Of a DNA stretch of 64,000 nt, positions 30,118 through 41,226 are shown piece by piece. The stretch lies in assembly GCA_965216755.1 (NCBI GenBank), contig CBDCGL010000011.1, positions 3,264,001 to 3,328,000 on the forward strand, written 5' to 3'. The translations under genes and the position numbers were made by a program. The notes beneath the pieces are model-generated. The model was not told the origin of the DNA, did not search any database, and saw nothing but the letters and a program-made list of their open reading frames with translations. The first letter of the stretch is position 1. Every line of letters begins with the position of its first letter. The DNA is from Alphaproteobacteria bacterium (lineage in GTDB: Bacteria > Pseudomonadota > Alphaproteobacteria > UBA7887).

Positions 30118-31250
30118 GAGGCCAATACCACGCCGGCTTCGGGCGTCCAGCTCAGCGTCACCGGATCTTCCCAGGTAATCTGGTGCTCGCGGCGCCGTGC
30201 GCGGTTGGCTTCGCTGGCCCGCACGATGCGCCCGTCCGCCAAACGCACGTGATAAATTGTGGCCGCCCCCAAATAACCAATATCGTCGACAATGCCGGCC
30301 AAGCTGTTGGTTGGCGTGGTGGCCGGCGCAATATCGCCGTCCCGCCGCGCGATGGTGATTTTCTCCGGGCGAATGGCGACCCAAGCGGTCGCACCGGGCG
30401 CGGTGCTGATGCCATGGTCGATTTCGAACAAGCACGCCACGTCGGTGCCGCGCAAATGAACGTGATCGGATTCGTCGGTAACGATGCGCCCCTCGAATAT
30501 GTTGACGCTGCCGACAAAATCCGCGACCAGCCGCGAGTTGGGATACTCATAGATCTCGTGTGGCGGCGCCACTTGCTTGACCTGCCCACCGTGCATAATC
30601 GCCATCCGCCCCGCCATGGTCATGGCTTCTTCTTGATCGTGGGTGACGACCACGAACGTCACGCCGGTCGATTCCTGAATATTGACCAGCTCGAATTGGG
30701 TCGCTTCGCGTAGGTTTTTGTCCAGCGCCGCCAGTGGTTCGTCCAGCAACAATAGCTTGGGGCGCTTGACCAGGGCGCGGGCCAGTGCGACTCGTTGGCG
30801 CTGGCCACCGGAAAGCTGGTGCGGCCGGCGCTTGGCAAATGAGTCCAATTGTACCAGCGCCAGCATTTCAGCCACACGCGCCCCGCAATCGGCGCGCGCG
30901 ACGCCGTCTTGTTTGAGCCCAAACGCGATATTGTCGGACACCGACATATGCGGAAACAGGGCATAGGATTGAAACATCATGTTGACCGGACGCTGATAGG
31001 GCGGCACTGCGGCCATGTCCACGCCGTCAATGGCGATGGTGCCGGCGCTTGGTGACTCGAAGCCGGCGAGCATGCGCAGCAGGGTCGTCTTGCCGCAACC
31101 GGACGGGCCAAGCAGCGCAAAAAACTCACCTCCCATGATCTCCAACGAGACATTGTCGACGGCGGTGAAACTGCCAAAGCGCTTGGAGACATTGGTGATA
31201 CGGATCAGCGGCGCCGCCAACGCCGCGGCGCCGTCAGGCGCGGCTGGCAA
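30114..31250 (-). CDS. potG: putrescine ABC transporter ATP-binding protein
   Basis: GPSGCGKT, LSGGQRQR, LLLDEP, VTHDQEEAM, C-terminal TOBE-like domain; start uncertain. Confidence 0.88.
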   Translation of the reverse strand: MPAAPDGAAALAAPLIRITNVSKRFGSFTAVDNVSLEIMGGEFFALLGPSGCGKTTLLRMLAGFESPSAGTIAIDGVDMAAVPPYQRPVNMMFQSYALFPHMSVSDNIAFGLKQDGVARADCGARVAEMLALVQLDSFAKRRPHQLSGGQRQRVALARALVKRPKLLLLDEPLAALDKNLREATQFELVNIQESTGVTFVVVTHDQEEAMTMAGRMAIMHGGQVKQVAPPHEIYEYPNSRLVADFVGSVNIFEGRIVTDESDHVHLRGTDVACLFEIDHGISTAPGATAWVAIRPEKITIARRDGDIAPATTPTNSLAGIVDDIGYLGAATIYHVRLADGRIVRASEANRARRREHQITWEDPVTLSWTPEAGVVLAS

Positions 31251-31252
31251 AA

Positions 31253-32344
31253 TCAGCGACCTGCCTTCACCCGTGTCCAAATGCGATTGACAAAACGCTG
31301 TGCGCGCGGCGAATAGGGGGTCGTCAAATACAAATTGGCCATCACATCGGGAGTCGGATAAATCGTTGGGTCGCCAAGAATGTCAGGTTCGACCAAACTG
31401 TTCGACGCAGCGTTGGCGTTGGCGTACCAAACATAGTTGGTTGCCTCGGCAATCACCTCGGGACGCATCATATAGTCGATGAATGCATGGGCATTTTCGG
31501 CATTGGGCGCGTCCGCGGGAACGGCCATCAGGTCCATCCACATCAAAGCGCCTTCGCGCGGAATGGCATAGGCGACCTCGACATCATTCTCGGCCTCGGC
31601 GGCGCGGTCGGCGGCCTGTAGCACATCGCCCGACCAGCCCAGCGCCAGACAAATATCACCGTTGGCCAGCGCGTTGATGTATTCCGACGAATGGAACTTG
31701 GTGACGTGTGGGCGCATGGCGTTCAGCACCGGCTCGGCCTGGGCCAACACACCGGGTTCCTTGCTGTCCGGATCGAGACCGATATAGGTTAGCGCCGCCG
31801 GGATCACCTCGTCCGCCGCGTCAATGATATGGACACCGCAATCGGCAAAGCGCGACAGAATGTCGGGATCAAAGATCATCGCCAGCGAATCGACCGGCGC
31901 GTCGGGCATGCGCTCTTTGATCATCGCCGTGTTATAGCCGAGGCCGGTCGTGCCCCACATATAGACCACGCCATATTGGTTGTTTGGATCCCAGGTCTCG
32001 GACACGCGCGCCATAGTCTCCGAGGACAAATTGCCGTAGTTGGCGAGTTTCGTTTTGTCCAAGGGTTGGAACACGCCGGCGAGGATCTGTCGGGCCAGAA
32101 ACGATCCGGAAGGCACGACCACGTCATAGCCGGTGTTGCCGGCCAGCAGTTTGGTCTCCAATATGTCGTTGGAATCGAACACGTCGTAGCGCACGTTGAT
32201 TCCCGTTTCAGCCTCGAAATTGGCGATTGTGTCTTCGCCGATATAGTCGGACCAATTGTAGATATTGAGCTCGCCCTGGGCCGCCGCTGTATGGGCGAAC
32301 AGGGCCGACATCATCACCAGACCAGATATTTTGAGAAGTTTCAT
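31253..32344 (-). CDS. potF: putrescine ABC transporter substrate-binding protein
   Basis: Signal peptide; YNWSDYI, YMWGTTGLGYN, FHSSEYINALANGDIC, GWSGD. Confidence 0.9.
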   Translation of the reverse strand: MKLLKISGLVMMSALFAHTAAAQGELNIYNWSDYIGEDTIANFEAETGINVRYDVFDSNDILETKLLAGNTGYDVVVPSGSFLARQILAGVFQPLDKTKLANYGNLSSETMARVSETWDPNNQYGVVYMWGTTGLGYNTAMIKERMPDAPVDSLAMIFDPDILSRFADCGVHIIDAADEVIPAALTYIGLDPDSKEPGVLAQAEPVLNAMRPHVTKFHSSEYINALANGDICLALGWSGDVLQAADRAAEAENDVEVAYAIPREGALMWMDLMAVPADAPNAENAHAFIDYMMRPEVIAEATNYVWYANANAASNSLVEPDILGDPTIYPTPDVMANLYLTTPYSPRAQRFVNRIWTRVKAGR

Positions 32345-32441
32345 GATTTCTTGCGACCTCCGCTGATCTGCCCGCGGCGCACGCCACGTTTTGAGCCTCA
32401 GCGGATTCGGCGCCAAGCCCACACCTTTGTCAATTCCAGTG

Positions 32442-33776
32442 TTAGATATTGAGCAACAGATGCTCGCGTTCCCAGCTAGAGATGACGCTTTGATAGGCGT
32501 CGTGCTCAGTGCGCTTGGTTTGAATGAACGCGTCGACAAACGGGTCGCCCAATATTCGGCGCAGGGGCTTACAGCGGTGCAAACGTTCCAGGGCATCGGG
32601 CAGATAGCGCGGCAGATTGTATGGCTTATTGTAGGCGCTGCCGCGCAAGGGCTTGCTGGGCGTCAACCCTTCGGTCATGCCGAGATAGCCGCAGGCCAGC
32701 GACGCCGCGATCGCCAGATAGGGATTGGCGTCGGCGCCGGCGACGCGGTTTTCAATCCGCCGCTCATGGGCTTCCGATAAAGGCACGCGCAGACCGACGG
32801 TGCGGTTCTCGCGGCCCCAATGCACATTGATCGGCGCCGCCCAATGGCGTTGCAAGCGGCGGTATGAATTGACGTTGGGCGCCAGCAGAGACATCGCCGA
32901 TGGCAGATATTTCTGCAGCCCAGCGATATGGGCGCGAAACAGCGCCGTATCGGTCCCGTCCTCATTGGCAAACAAATTCTGGTGGTTGTCGCAATCAACA
33001 ATGCTTTGGTGGATATGCATGGCGCTGCCTGGCTCCGACTCGATCGGCTTGGCCATGAAGGTGGCGTAAATATTGTGACGCAGGGCGGCTTGGCGCACCG
33101 TGCGTTTGAACAGAAACGCTTGGTCGGCCATGCTCAACGGCGTGCCGTGGCGGAAATTGATCTCCAGTTGGGCGGCGCCCGATTCATGGATCAACGTGTC
33201 GACATCAATACGCTGGGCTTCGCAATAGTCGTACACGTCGTCGACGATCGGATCGAACTCGTTGACCGCGTCGATCCCGTAGGCTTGGCGGCCGGTTTCG
33301 GGCCGACCGGAGCGACCGAGCGGCGGTTCCAACGGATAGTCCGGGTCGGTATTTTGCTGCACAAAATAGAACTCAAGCTCCGGCGCCACCTGGCACAACC
33401 AGCCACGTTCGTTATAGAGCTCGATCACCCGGCGCAGGACAAAACGTGGTGACAGGACAACCGGCGTATTGTCGCGCATATAGCAATCGGCGATTACTTG
33501 CGCCGTCGGTTCGGTGTACCAGGGCACAATGCGCAGACTGTCGGGATCGGGGCGCAAATAGATATCGGGTTCGGTGGGGTCAAAAACTCGCGCAAGTTGC
33601 GCCCATTCACCCGAAACGGTTTGTGCGAAGACCGTCAGCGGTAGGCGCAGGCCATTAACCTCCAGGCTTTCTAGAAATTTGGCCGAGGGCACGATCTTGC
33701 CGCGCGCGACCCCCGACATGTCGGGGACGACACATTCGATCTCCGACACCCGATGTTGCCTCAGCCAATCTTTCAT
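32442..33776 (-). CDS. glutamine synthetase family protein (gamma-glutamylpolyamine synthetase, PuuA/PauA-like)
   Basis: PDMSGVARGK, APELEFY, HESGAAQLEIN, TFMAKP, GSAMHIHQS, RIENRVAGADANPYLA; ATGA overlap with the upstream hydrolase. Confidence 0.85.
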   Translation of the reverse strand: MKDWLRQHRVSEIECVVPDMSGVARGKIVPSAKFLESLEVNGLRLPLTVFAQTVSGEWAQLARVFDPTEPDIYLRPDPDSLRIVPWYTEPTAQVIADCYMRDNTPVVLSPRFVLRRVIELYNERGWLCQVAPELEFYFVQQNTDPDYPLEPPLGRSGRPETGRQAYGIDAVNEFDPIVDDVYDYCEAQRIDVDTLIHESGAAQLEINFRHGTPLSMADQAFLFKRTVRQAALRHNIYATFMAKPIESEPGSAMHIHQSIVDCDNHQNLFANEDGTDTALFRAHIAGLQKYLPSAMSLLAPNVNSYRRLQRHWAAPINVHWGRENRTVGLRVPLSEAHERRIENRVAGADANPYLAIAASLACGYLGMTEGLTPSKPLRGSAYNKPYNLPRYLPDALERLHRCKPLRRILGDPFVDAFIQTKRTEHDAYQSVISSWEREHLLLNI

Positions 33777-34612
33777 GCCGGCACGGGGTTTGCCGTTCGA
33801 AACTTGGCTTTGTCGGCGGCATAGGCGCGGCACGCGGCACCAAAGGCGCGAAACAGCGTGCGTGACGCTGGGTCTTCGGCGAATTGCCATTCCGGATGCC
33901 ACTGCACGCCAATCGCGAACGCCGGCGCGTCGACAACCCGCACCGCTTCGATCTGGCCGTCATGGGCGGTGGCCTCAACGACCAGCCCATCGGCGAGACG
34001 ATCGATGCCTTGGCTGTGCAGCGAATTGACGGTCAAGGTTGTGCAGCCGAACAAAGTTGCCAAGGCGCCGCCCGCGACCAAATCGACGGCATGGGCGGGA
34101 CCATACATGATGTCCAGTGGCTCGCCCTTGGGCTCGCGATGATCGTCGCGGCCAGGCTGTTCGTGGACCTCTTGGTGCAACGTGCCGCCAAGGGCGACGT
34201 TCAATTCCTGGATGCCGCGGCAAACCGCCAATAGAGGCATGCCGGCGCCGAGCGCCGCGCGGATAAGCGGCAGGGTCGTTGAATCGCGCGCATGGTCGTG
34301 CAGCGTGCCGTCTTTGCTCGCCGGACCACCATAGTGATCGGGCCAAACATTGGATGGACTGCCGCTCAGGAACAAGCCGTCCAACGATGCCACCAGCGAG
34401 GGTTCGTCATGGCGTGGTCCCAAGGGCGGAATCAACAACGGTGTGGTATCGGCGCCGTCGGCCACCGCGTCGACATATTTTTCGCCGACCGCATAAAACG
34501 GGTGCGGGTCGAAGAATTTTGAGCACGCGGGAATGCCGACCACGGGGCGCCGTTCGGACGGGTGGTGGTCGGAGGTAGCGGCGCGGGGCGCGCTGTGCGG
34601 TCGGTTCGACAT
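33773..34612 (-). CDS. puuD: gamma-glutamyl-gamma-aminobutyrate hydrolase family (peptidase C26)
   Basis: LSGSPSNV, LAVCRGIQELNVALGGTL, VNSLHSQG, GVQWHPE. Confidence 0.88.
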   Translation of the reverse strand: MSNRPHSAPRAATSDHHPSERRPVVGIPACSKFFDPHPFYAVGEKYVDAVADGADTTPLLIPPLGPRHDEPSLVASLDGLFLSGSPSNVWPDHYGGPASKDGTLHDHARDSTTLPLIRAALGAGMPLLAVCRGIQELNVALGGTLHQEVHEQPGRDDHREPKGEPLDIMYGPAHAVDLVAGGALATLFGCTTLTVNSLHSQGIDRLADGLVVEATAHDGQIEAVRVVDAPAFAIGVQWHPEWQFAEDPASRTLFRAFGAACRAYAADKAKFRTANPVPA

Positions 34613-34734
34613 GGCCAAAACCGTAGCCTAACGGTTTGCGATATCTAGACTATAGAACATGTGGTGGCCGCCGCCCACGGCCCACGATTTGCCGATCCTG
34701 GCGACGGCTGGCGCACAACACACGAGCGCATTGA

Positions 34735-35400
34735 TTAGTGGCCGGTCTGATAGGTTCCCAAACGAAAGTCCGCTTTTTGGCGGTCATTGTGGGTGAACCG
34801 AAACAAGCGCCGGTCCAACTCGGGGCCGACCTCGACATCGTGAAGCGTCACGGTCGTGCGCTTGCCCTGCGCGTCAAGCACCTGCCATTGGCGCAGACGC
34901 ATCGGATCTTCCTCGAACAACATGGTCACGGTGCCGTCGCCCGGGCTGGATGCATCCGCCAACTCGATGGTCAATAAGCCGTTGGCGCGCTCGACCTTCA
35001 ACACCGAGACGTCATCGCCCAGCTCCGCATCCTCCGACAGCAGGAAACGAAACGGGCCGCGGCCCAGCGGTAGATGCGAGACCTGGTCAAGTTCGGCGTC
35101 GTAATAGATCAACCATGTGCCGTCGGCGACCAGCAAAACGTCAACCGGCGGCGCATATTCAAAACGCGCGCGGCCTGGCCGCGACAGCCATAACGTGCCT
35201 TCGGCCAGTGCGCCGTTGGCGCCGATTTGCACAAATGTCGCGCGCAAAGTCGAAATGCCGTCGATATAAGTTTCAACAGCGGCTATGGCGTCGGCGTCGG
35301 GATGGTTCCAGCCTTCCCGGGCGGCTTCAGACGGCCAAGCCAGGCCAGCCAGCATCAAAACCGCGGTCAGCGCCGCAAAAGGTGCGAAAAAGTTCTTCAT
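34735..35400 (-). CDS. lolA: outer-membrane lipoprotein carrier protein LolA
   Basis: Signal peptide; FVQ..G, LSRPGRARFEY, LRQWQVLDAQG; follows ftsK. Confidence 0.9.
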   Translation of the reverse strand: MKNFFAPFAALTAVLMLAGLAWPSEAAREGWNHPDADAIAAVETYIDGISTLRATFVQIGANGALAEGTLWLSRPGRARFEYAPPVDVLLVADGTWLIYYDAELDQVSHLPLGRGPFRFLLSEDAELGDDVSVLKVERANGLLTIELADASSPGDGTVTMLFEEDPMRLRQWQVLDAQGKRTTVTLHDVEVGPELDRRLFRFTHNDRQKADFRLGTYQTGH

Positions 35401-35475
35401 GGCATAGCCTTATTTGGTTGCGTCCGCGAAGCCCCACAAGGGCGGCCAACGCGGCTTGTACAAACGATTATTTGA

Positions 35476-37836
35476 TCAATAGCGATCGCCCGGTTCTGGC
35501 ACCAGCACCTCGCGCTTGCCGACGTGATTGGCTTTGCTGACCACGCCTTCGGCCTCCATTTGCTCGATGATGCGGGCGGCGCGATTATAGCCAATCTGCA
35601 AATGGCGCTGAATAAAGCTGGTCGAGGCCTTGCGTTCGCGCGAGATCAGGTCCAGTGCGCGGTCATAAAGGGCGTCGCCAGACCTGGCGGCGCCGGATCC
35701 GGCCTCCTCGGCCAGCTCGTCGGCGTCGTCGGTAACGGCATCCAGGTAATCCGGCTCGCCTTGGCCGCGTAGGAACGAGGCAACCTCTTCGACCTCATCC
35801 TCGCTGACAAACGGTCCGTGGACCCGCGTCACCTGACCGCCGCCGGCCATGAACAGCATGTCGCCCATGCCGAGCAATTGCTCGGCCCCCTGTTCACCCA
35901 AAATGGTCCGGCTATCGATCTTCGAGGTCACTTGGAAGCTGATCCGAGTCGGCAGATTGGCTTTGATCGTGCCCGTGATCACGTCGACCGATGGCCGTTG
36001 GGTAGCGATAATCAGGTGGATGCCGGCCGCGCGCGCTTTTTGCGCCAAGCTCTGGACCGCGACCTCGATGTCTTTGCCCGCGACCAACATCAGGTCGGCC
36101 ATTTCATCGACGACCACGACCAATTGTGGGATTGGCACCATATCGATGGGCTGATCTTCATAAACAGGTTTACCGGTCTCGCCATCAAAGCCGGTTTGCA
36201 CCGTGCGCGTCAGCGTTTCGTTGCGCGCGATCGCTTGTGCCAGGCGTTTGTTATAGCCGGCGATATTCCGCACGTTCAGGTTCGACATCAGGCGGTAACG
36301 GCGGTTCATTTCCTTGACCGCCCATTTCAACGCCACCACGGCCTTGTTCGGATCAGTGACCACCGGATGCAACAAATGCGGGATCCCGTCATACACCGAC
36401 AACTCCAGCATTTTCGGATCGATCATGATGAATTTGCAGGCATCCGGCCGCAATCGGTAGACCAACGACAGAATCATGCTGTTGATCGCGACGGATTTGC
36501 CCGACCCTGTCGTGCCGGCAACCAACAGATGCGGCATACGGGCCAGGTCGGCGACCACCGGCGCACCACTGATGTCCTTGCCTAACGCCAACGGCAGCAC
36601 GGTGCTCGGCCGATCATATTCGTCGCTGAGCAACAGTTCGCGCAGAAACACGGTGTCACGGTTGACATTGGGCAACTCGATGCCGATGACATTCTTGCCC
36701 GGTACCACGGCGACACGGGCCGAGATGGCGCTCATCGAACGGGCGATATCGTCGGCCAAGGCGATAACCCGCGACGATCGGGTGCCCGGCGCCGGCTCCA
36801 ACTCGTATCGCGTCACCACGGGACCGTTGCGCACGCCGGCGATCTGTCCGCGTACGCCGAAGTCATCCAAAACGGTCTCCAGGGCCCGCGCGTTTTGTTC
36901 CAAACCGCGTTGATCGACGGAGTCATAGGACGGGTCGTGTGGCGTCGCCAGCAGGTCGACTGGCGGCAATTGGGCATCGTCGGTGCGGCGCGACCGGCGG
37001 CGGTCCTGACGTGGCCGTGGTTTGTGCGCCGTCTCTTTGGCCGCGACCGCCACGCGCGGCGTGGGGGCGGGTGCCGCGACCTCAACGGGTGTCGACTGAC
37101 GCGCGATTGCGTTCGATCGTTCGCGGATGCTCGGTTCGCGCGTCCTCAATGGTGGGGCGTCATTGCCATCACCGAGAATGAACGTGCGCGTGGTCCACCG
37201 CAACGCAACACGAATCCCGACGGCGGCGCGATGGGCACCCCGCACCAGCGCGACGGCAACCGCCCGCCAGTCTTGCCAGGGAACACCAATCGCCAGCGGT
37301 GCGCACAGTGCCGTCAGCAGTGCCGCGGCAACAACTACCGGCCAAAAAGGCAGCATGACGGCGGCGCTTGTCGCCGCACCGTAGTGGGCGAGTACCGCGC
37401 CGATAACACCACCCGGGCCGATATCACCAGCGCGCTGTGCGGCCGGCGCGACCGCACTCAGCACCAGGCTGCCGCAATGCATGGTGATCAGCGCCGCACC
37501 GAACCGAATCGCCAGCCGTTCCAAGACATGATAGCGGGCCAGGCGCCAACCCCAGCCCGCCAAGACCATCGGAACAAAAAATGCGAACCAGCCATAAAGC
37601 CACAGACGCGCGGCAAATATGGCGCCAAATCCGCCCAGCCAATTTTGCGGCGCGGCGCCGGTGGCGCTGTTAAACGAACGGTCGGACGGCGCATAACTGA
37701 TCACGGTCGCCAGGCCCAACACCGCCGCGACAATCAAGACGGTGCCAAGGATCTCACGCATACGCCGACGAATAAAGTCGAAGGCTGCCGATGAAATCAG
37801 CCCGGCATTGCGTGTGCTGGCGGAACTTGTTGCCAT
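35476..37836 (-). CDS. ftsK: DNA translocase FtsK
   Basis: N-terminal TM segments; [35 protein letters not shown], gamma domain [12 protein letters not shown]. Confidence 0.98.
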   Translation of the reverse strand: MATSSASTRNAGLISSAAFDFIRRRMREILGTVLIVAAVLGLATVISYAPSDRSFNSATGAAPQNWLGGFGAIFAARLWLYGWFAFFVPMVLAGWGWRLARYHVLERLAIRFGAALITMHCGSLVLSAVAPAAQRAGDIGPGGVIGAVLAHYGAATSAAVMLPFWPVVVAAALLTALCAPLAIGVPWQDWRAVAVALVRGAHRAAVGIRVALRWTTRTFILGDGNDAPPLRTREPSIRERSNAIARQSTPVEVAAPAPTPRVAVAAKETAHKPRPRQDRRRSRRTDDAQLPPVDLLATPHDPSYDSVDQRGLEQNARALETVLDDFGVRGQIAGVRNGPVVTRYELEPAPGTRSSRVIALADDIARSMSAISARVAVVPGKNVIGIELPNVNRDTVFLRELLLSDEYDRPSTVLPLALGKDISGAPVVADLARMPHLLVAGTTGSGKSVAINSMILSLVYRLRPDACKFIMIDPKMLELSVYDGIPHLLHPVVTDPNKAVVALKWAVKEMNRRYRLMSNLNVRNIAGYNKRLAQAIARNETLTRTVQTGFDGETGKPVYEDQPIDMVPIPQLVVVVDEMADLMLVAGKDIEVAVQSLAQKARAAGIHLIIATQRPSVDVITGTIKANLPTRISFQVTSKIDSRTILGEQGAEQLLGMGDMLFMAGGGQVTRVHGPFVSEDEVEEVASFLRGQGEPDYLDAVTDDADELAEEAGSGAARSGDALYDRALDLISRERKASTSFIQRHLQIGYNRAARIIEQMEAEGVVSKANHVGKREVLVPEPGDRY

Positions 37837-37891
37837 AAGACCGTTGTCTCCCGACTTATATGTTTGCTGCGTTCCCCAGGATGGCCACCAT

Positions 37892-39076
37892 TTATAGGAG
37901 ATCGGTCATTCGGCCAAGTGCGTCCAGTGTTTGGTCGCGATTATGCACCATCGCGGCGCGAATATAGGCCTGGCCCGGTGCGTCTTGACCGGCGCGACTC
38001 AGATAGGCCCCCGGCATGACCTTGACCCCGGCCCGCGCCCACAATTTGCGCGCCGCCGCTTCGCCGTCGCCGACATCCAACCACAAATAGAAGCCGCCCC
38101 CCGGCCGATAAAATCCGAATCGATTGCCCAATATCCGTGCTGCGTCGTCGAATTTTTCGCGATACAGGTTCCGATTCGCTTCGACATGGTGCTCGTCGCG
38201 CCACAATGCGATTGCGGTCGCCAACACCGGCAGTGGGGTCACACCGCCGGTGTATCCGCGCAACCGGGCGAACGGGCCGATCAAGCCGGCGCCGCCAACG
38301 ACAAAGCCAGACCGCAGGCCGGGCACGTTGGAGCGTTTGGACAGGGAATGAAAGGCGATCACATGGTCCATTTCAGGGTCATGTGTGACGCACCCCTCCA
38401 GCACGCCCGTCGGCGGCGTGTCGCAATAGATCTCGGAATAGCATTCGTCGGCCGCGACGACAAAGTCGGCGTCACGGGCGAGGCGCAACAACTCGGTCCA
38501 ATAGCGGCGGTCCGCGACGGCGCCTTGCGGGTTCGACGGACTGCAAACATAAGCCAGCGCGGTGCGGTCGATGATGTCTGTCGGCAAAGCACTGAAGTCG
38601 GGCAGAAACCCGGTCGCCGCATTGGTCGGCAAGAACACCGGTTCGGCGCCGGCCATGATCGCGGCGCCGGCATAGACTTGGTAAAACGGGTCGGGAATCA
38701 GCACCACCGGTCGCCGGCCATTTTTGGCTGTTGGCACAGCCGCCAGCGCGACCGTGAACAACGCTTCGCGGGTACCGGCAACCGGCAGCGTGTGCGCGTC
38801 GGGTGAGATCATGTCCGTTGGCAGCTGATAGCGCCGGGCCAGCCAATCGGCGACAGTGCGGCGAAATTCCGGGGTGCCCGGTGTCGGCGGATATTTGCCC
38901 CACAGGGCGGCCTGCTCCGCCAATATCTTGGGTACGAATTCCGGGCACGCATGCTGGGGCTCGCCGATCGACATGATCAACGGCCGCACGTCGGCAGGCG
39001 GTGTCAAATCGCGCAGCAGCGTTGCCAGCCGCTCGAACGGATAGTCTTTAAGTTGCGACAAGCGGTCATTGATCAT
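37892..39076 (-). CDS. class I/II aminotransferase (DapC-like)
   Basis: [43 protein letters not shown]. Confidence 0.87.
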   Translation of the reverse strand: MINDRLSQLKDYPFERLATLLRDLTPPADVRPLIMSIGEPQHACPEFVPKILAEQAALWGKYPPTPGTPEFRRTVADWLARRYQLPTDMISPDAHTLPVAGTREALFTVALAAVPTAKNGRRPVVLIPDPFYQVYAGAAIMAGAEPVFLPTNAATGFLPDFSALPTDIIDRTALAYVCSPSNPQGAVADRRYWTELLRLARDADFVVAADECYSEIYCDTPPTGVLEGCVTHDPEMDHVIAFHSLSKRSNVPGLRSGFVVGGAGLIGPFARLRGYTGGVTPLPVLATAIALWRDEHHVEANRNLYREKFDDAARILGNRFGFYRPGGGFYLWLDVGDGEAAARKLWARAGVKVMPGAYLSRAGQDAPGQAYIRAAMVHNRDQTLDALGRMTDLL

Positions 39077-39172
39077 GACCGTGTCCCACAATTATTCCGC
39101 AAGAAAAGACCGATCGTTAGGGGAACATGCTTAGATCGGCTTGCAAGATAACACGGGCACCGGCCGCGACGC

Positions 39173-39203
39173 AAAACAGCCGACCACAAGGGGCCGGCTG
39201 TTT
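39173..39203 (-). terminator. intrinsic terminator downstream of amtB
   Basis: Minus strand CAGCCGGCC-CCTTGT-GGTCGGCTG-TTTT. Confidence 0.55.
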
Positions 39204-39232
39204 GCAAAAAAAGGCCTCCAGAAACGGCGCAA

Positions 39233-40537
39233 CTACAATTCGTAGCCCTTTTCACCATGGGTGGCGATGTCGAGCCCCTCGGTTTCGTGATCGCGATCGA
39301 CACGCAAGCCACCCAGCGCGGCGCTGATGATTTTCAGCAGGATATAGCTGACAATCGCGGTCCACGCGACCGTTGCCACGACGCCGATCAGCTGCTTCAC
39401 GAACTGTTCGCCCATGGAAACCTCGGAATGCCCCATGCCGCCAAACGCGGTGGCGCCAAGTATCGCGGTCAGCAGGGTACCGGTGACGCCACCGAAACCG
39501 TGCACTGCCAGAACATCCAGCGAGTCGTCGATGCCAAGCCGCATTTTGACGAAGCCGACGCCGTTGTAACAAAGGAAGCCAGCCACGACGCCGATGATCA
39601 AGGCGCCGACCGGGCCGACGAAACCAGACGCCGGGGTGATGGTCGCCAAGCCGGCGATGGCACCTGTGGCGATGCCCACCAAAGTGGGTTTGTTGTGCTT
39701 GACCCATTCGATCAGCATCCAAACGAATGCGGCGGTCGCGGCGGAAATATGGGTCACGACCATGGCCATACCGGCATCACCATTGGCGGCCAAAGCACTA
39801 CCGGCGTTGAAGCCATACCAACCGACCCATAGCATCGCCGCGCCGACCATCACCAAAACGGCGCTGTGCGGTGGGTGGACTTCACGCGGAAAGCCCTTGC
39901 GGGGTCCCAACACGATCGCCGCGACCATCGCCGCAACACCACAGGTGGCGTGAACCACCAAACCGCCGGCGAAGTCTTGAACGCCCAAGTCAGCCAGCCA
40001 TCCGCCACCCCACACCCAGTGTGCGACCGGGATATAGACCAGCAGCAACCATAGGCCGGAAAACAGCATGACCGCGCTAAATTTGATGCGCTCCACATAG
40101 GCGCCGACAATCAATGCCGGGGTAATGACGGCAAAAGTCATTTGGAACATGAAAAATACGGTTTCAGGTATGTCACCCGAAAGCGAGTCGGTGCCGACAC
40201 CGACCAGAAATGCTTGGCTGAGGCCACCGATCACCGCGTTTGCCGCCATGCCGTCGCTAAACGCCAGGCTGTAGCCGCAAATCAGCCACAGGATCGAAGC
40301 CAGGCAGCAGATCGCGAAGCAGTGCATAAGCACCGAAATGACGCACTGCACCCGCACCAAGCCGCCGTAAAACAGAGCCAAGCCGGGCATGGTCATGAAC
40401 AAGACCAAGGCGGTTGCGGTCAGGATCCACGCGGTGTTGCCGCTGTTCAAGGCGGCATCTTGTGCCCAGGCCGCACTGGGTAGCAGCACAACCATTAAGG
40501 CAACGATGTACGCTGTCATTCGAGGCATCGTTTTCAT
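39233..40537 (-). CDS. amtB: ammonium transporter
   Basis: PGLALFYGG, FQMTFAVITPAL, DFAGGLVVH, WVGWYGFNAGS, DDSLDVLAVHG, EGLDIATHGE. Confidence 0.96.
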   Translation of the reverse strand: MKTMPRMTAYIVALMVVLLPSAAWAQDAALNSGNTAWILTATALVLFMTMPGLALFYGGLVRVQCVISVLMHCFAICCLASILWLICGYSLAFSDGMAANAVIGGLSQAFLVGVGTDSLSGDIPETVFFMFQMTFAVITPALIVGAYVERIKFSAVMLFSGLWLLLVYIPVAHWVWGGGWLADLGVQDFAGGLVVHATCGVAAMVAAIVLGPRKGFPREVHPPHSAVLVMVGAAMLWVGWYGFNAGSALAANGDAGMAMVVTHISAATAAFVWMLIEWVKHNKPTLVGIATGAIAGLATITPASGFVGPVGALIIGVVAGFLCYNGVGFVKMRLGIDDSLDVLAVHGFGGVTGTLLTAILGATAFGGMGHSEVSMGEQFVKQLIGVVATVAWTAIVSYILLKIISAALGGLRVDRDHETEGLDIATHGEKGYEL

Positions 40538-40629
40538 CTTTTCCCCCGCATTACGCGATTGATAATTGTCCAGTCCAATTCGCTAGTTAGCATATTATCT
40601 TCATGCAACAGGGCATCGCGCGATCGCAG

Positions 40630-40651
40630 ATCAACTGCATTTGCAGTTGAT
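40630..40651. promoter_or_regulatory. 10-bp inverted repeat upstream of amtB
   Basis: ATCAACTGCA-TT-TGCAGTTGAT. Confidence 0.4.
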
Positions 40652-40813
40652 GTTTGGGTCGCTTTTACGATGCCCGTCAAAGTGTGTCGCGCAACGCCAA
40701 ACCGGCCGGGGCCCGGACGATGACGGACGCGACGTGCCGAACGATTAGGTTGGCAGGGCTCATGCGGCCTCCACTACAAGCGCCGCGAGCCCTGGCCCAA
40801 TTCGGGACGGGCA

Positions 40814-40996
40814 TCAAAGTCCAGTTCGGCTTGATCCGACCCGGATATGATCGAGGTTACCGTCCCGCCGGCGCCCGCGAACGGAGCGGCGGTCACACCG
40901 GTGTTGTGCGCCGAGCCCGGCGCCGCCGATGCAACGGCTATAGCCGGCGTCCGGCCGGGCGCTCGCGCGTCTGGCGCATCGCACAAAGTCTGTCAT
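40814..40996 (-). other. small ORF (60 aa) or decayed gene remnant upstream of amtB
   Basis: AGGAGAG RBS 5 nt before ATG 40996; no recognisable family. Confidence 0.3.
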
Positions 40997-41092
40997 ACGT
41001 TCTCTCCTGCCTTTCCTGATCAACCTCACCGCGTCGCCCGACCGGCCGGTCGGTTGTCGATAAGACCGTCGGATGTGTCGGCCAGGAGCCAC

Positions 41093-41107
41093 TCAAGAAC
41101 CGTGCCG
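41093..41107 (-). promoter_or_regulatory. possible sigma54 promoter (variant -12)
   Basis: Minus strand CGGCACGGTTCTTGA: GGCACG-N4-TTGA, with GA instead of GC. Confidence 0.4.
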
Positions 41108-41180
41108 CAATGCGGAATTTGGAAAAATCGGAGGATTCGGCCAGAATCACCCGGCGTGCCGGGGCCTCGAGCCTAAGTCG

Positions 41181-41226
41181 TGCCTATTTATTGGGCAACG
41201 TACACAATGTGATCAAATTTTGATCA
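41181..41226. promoter_or_regulatory. tandem NtrC-like binding sites
   Basis: TGCCTA-N5-TGGGCA (41181-41197) and TGATCA-N5-TGATCA (41210-41226), upstream of amtB. Confidence 0.5.

Noticed and set aside
34635-34670. NrdR-like half matches upstream of the puuD-like gene
   Set aside because: Weak match (about 10/16) and wrong spacing
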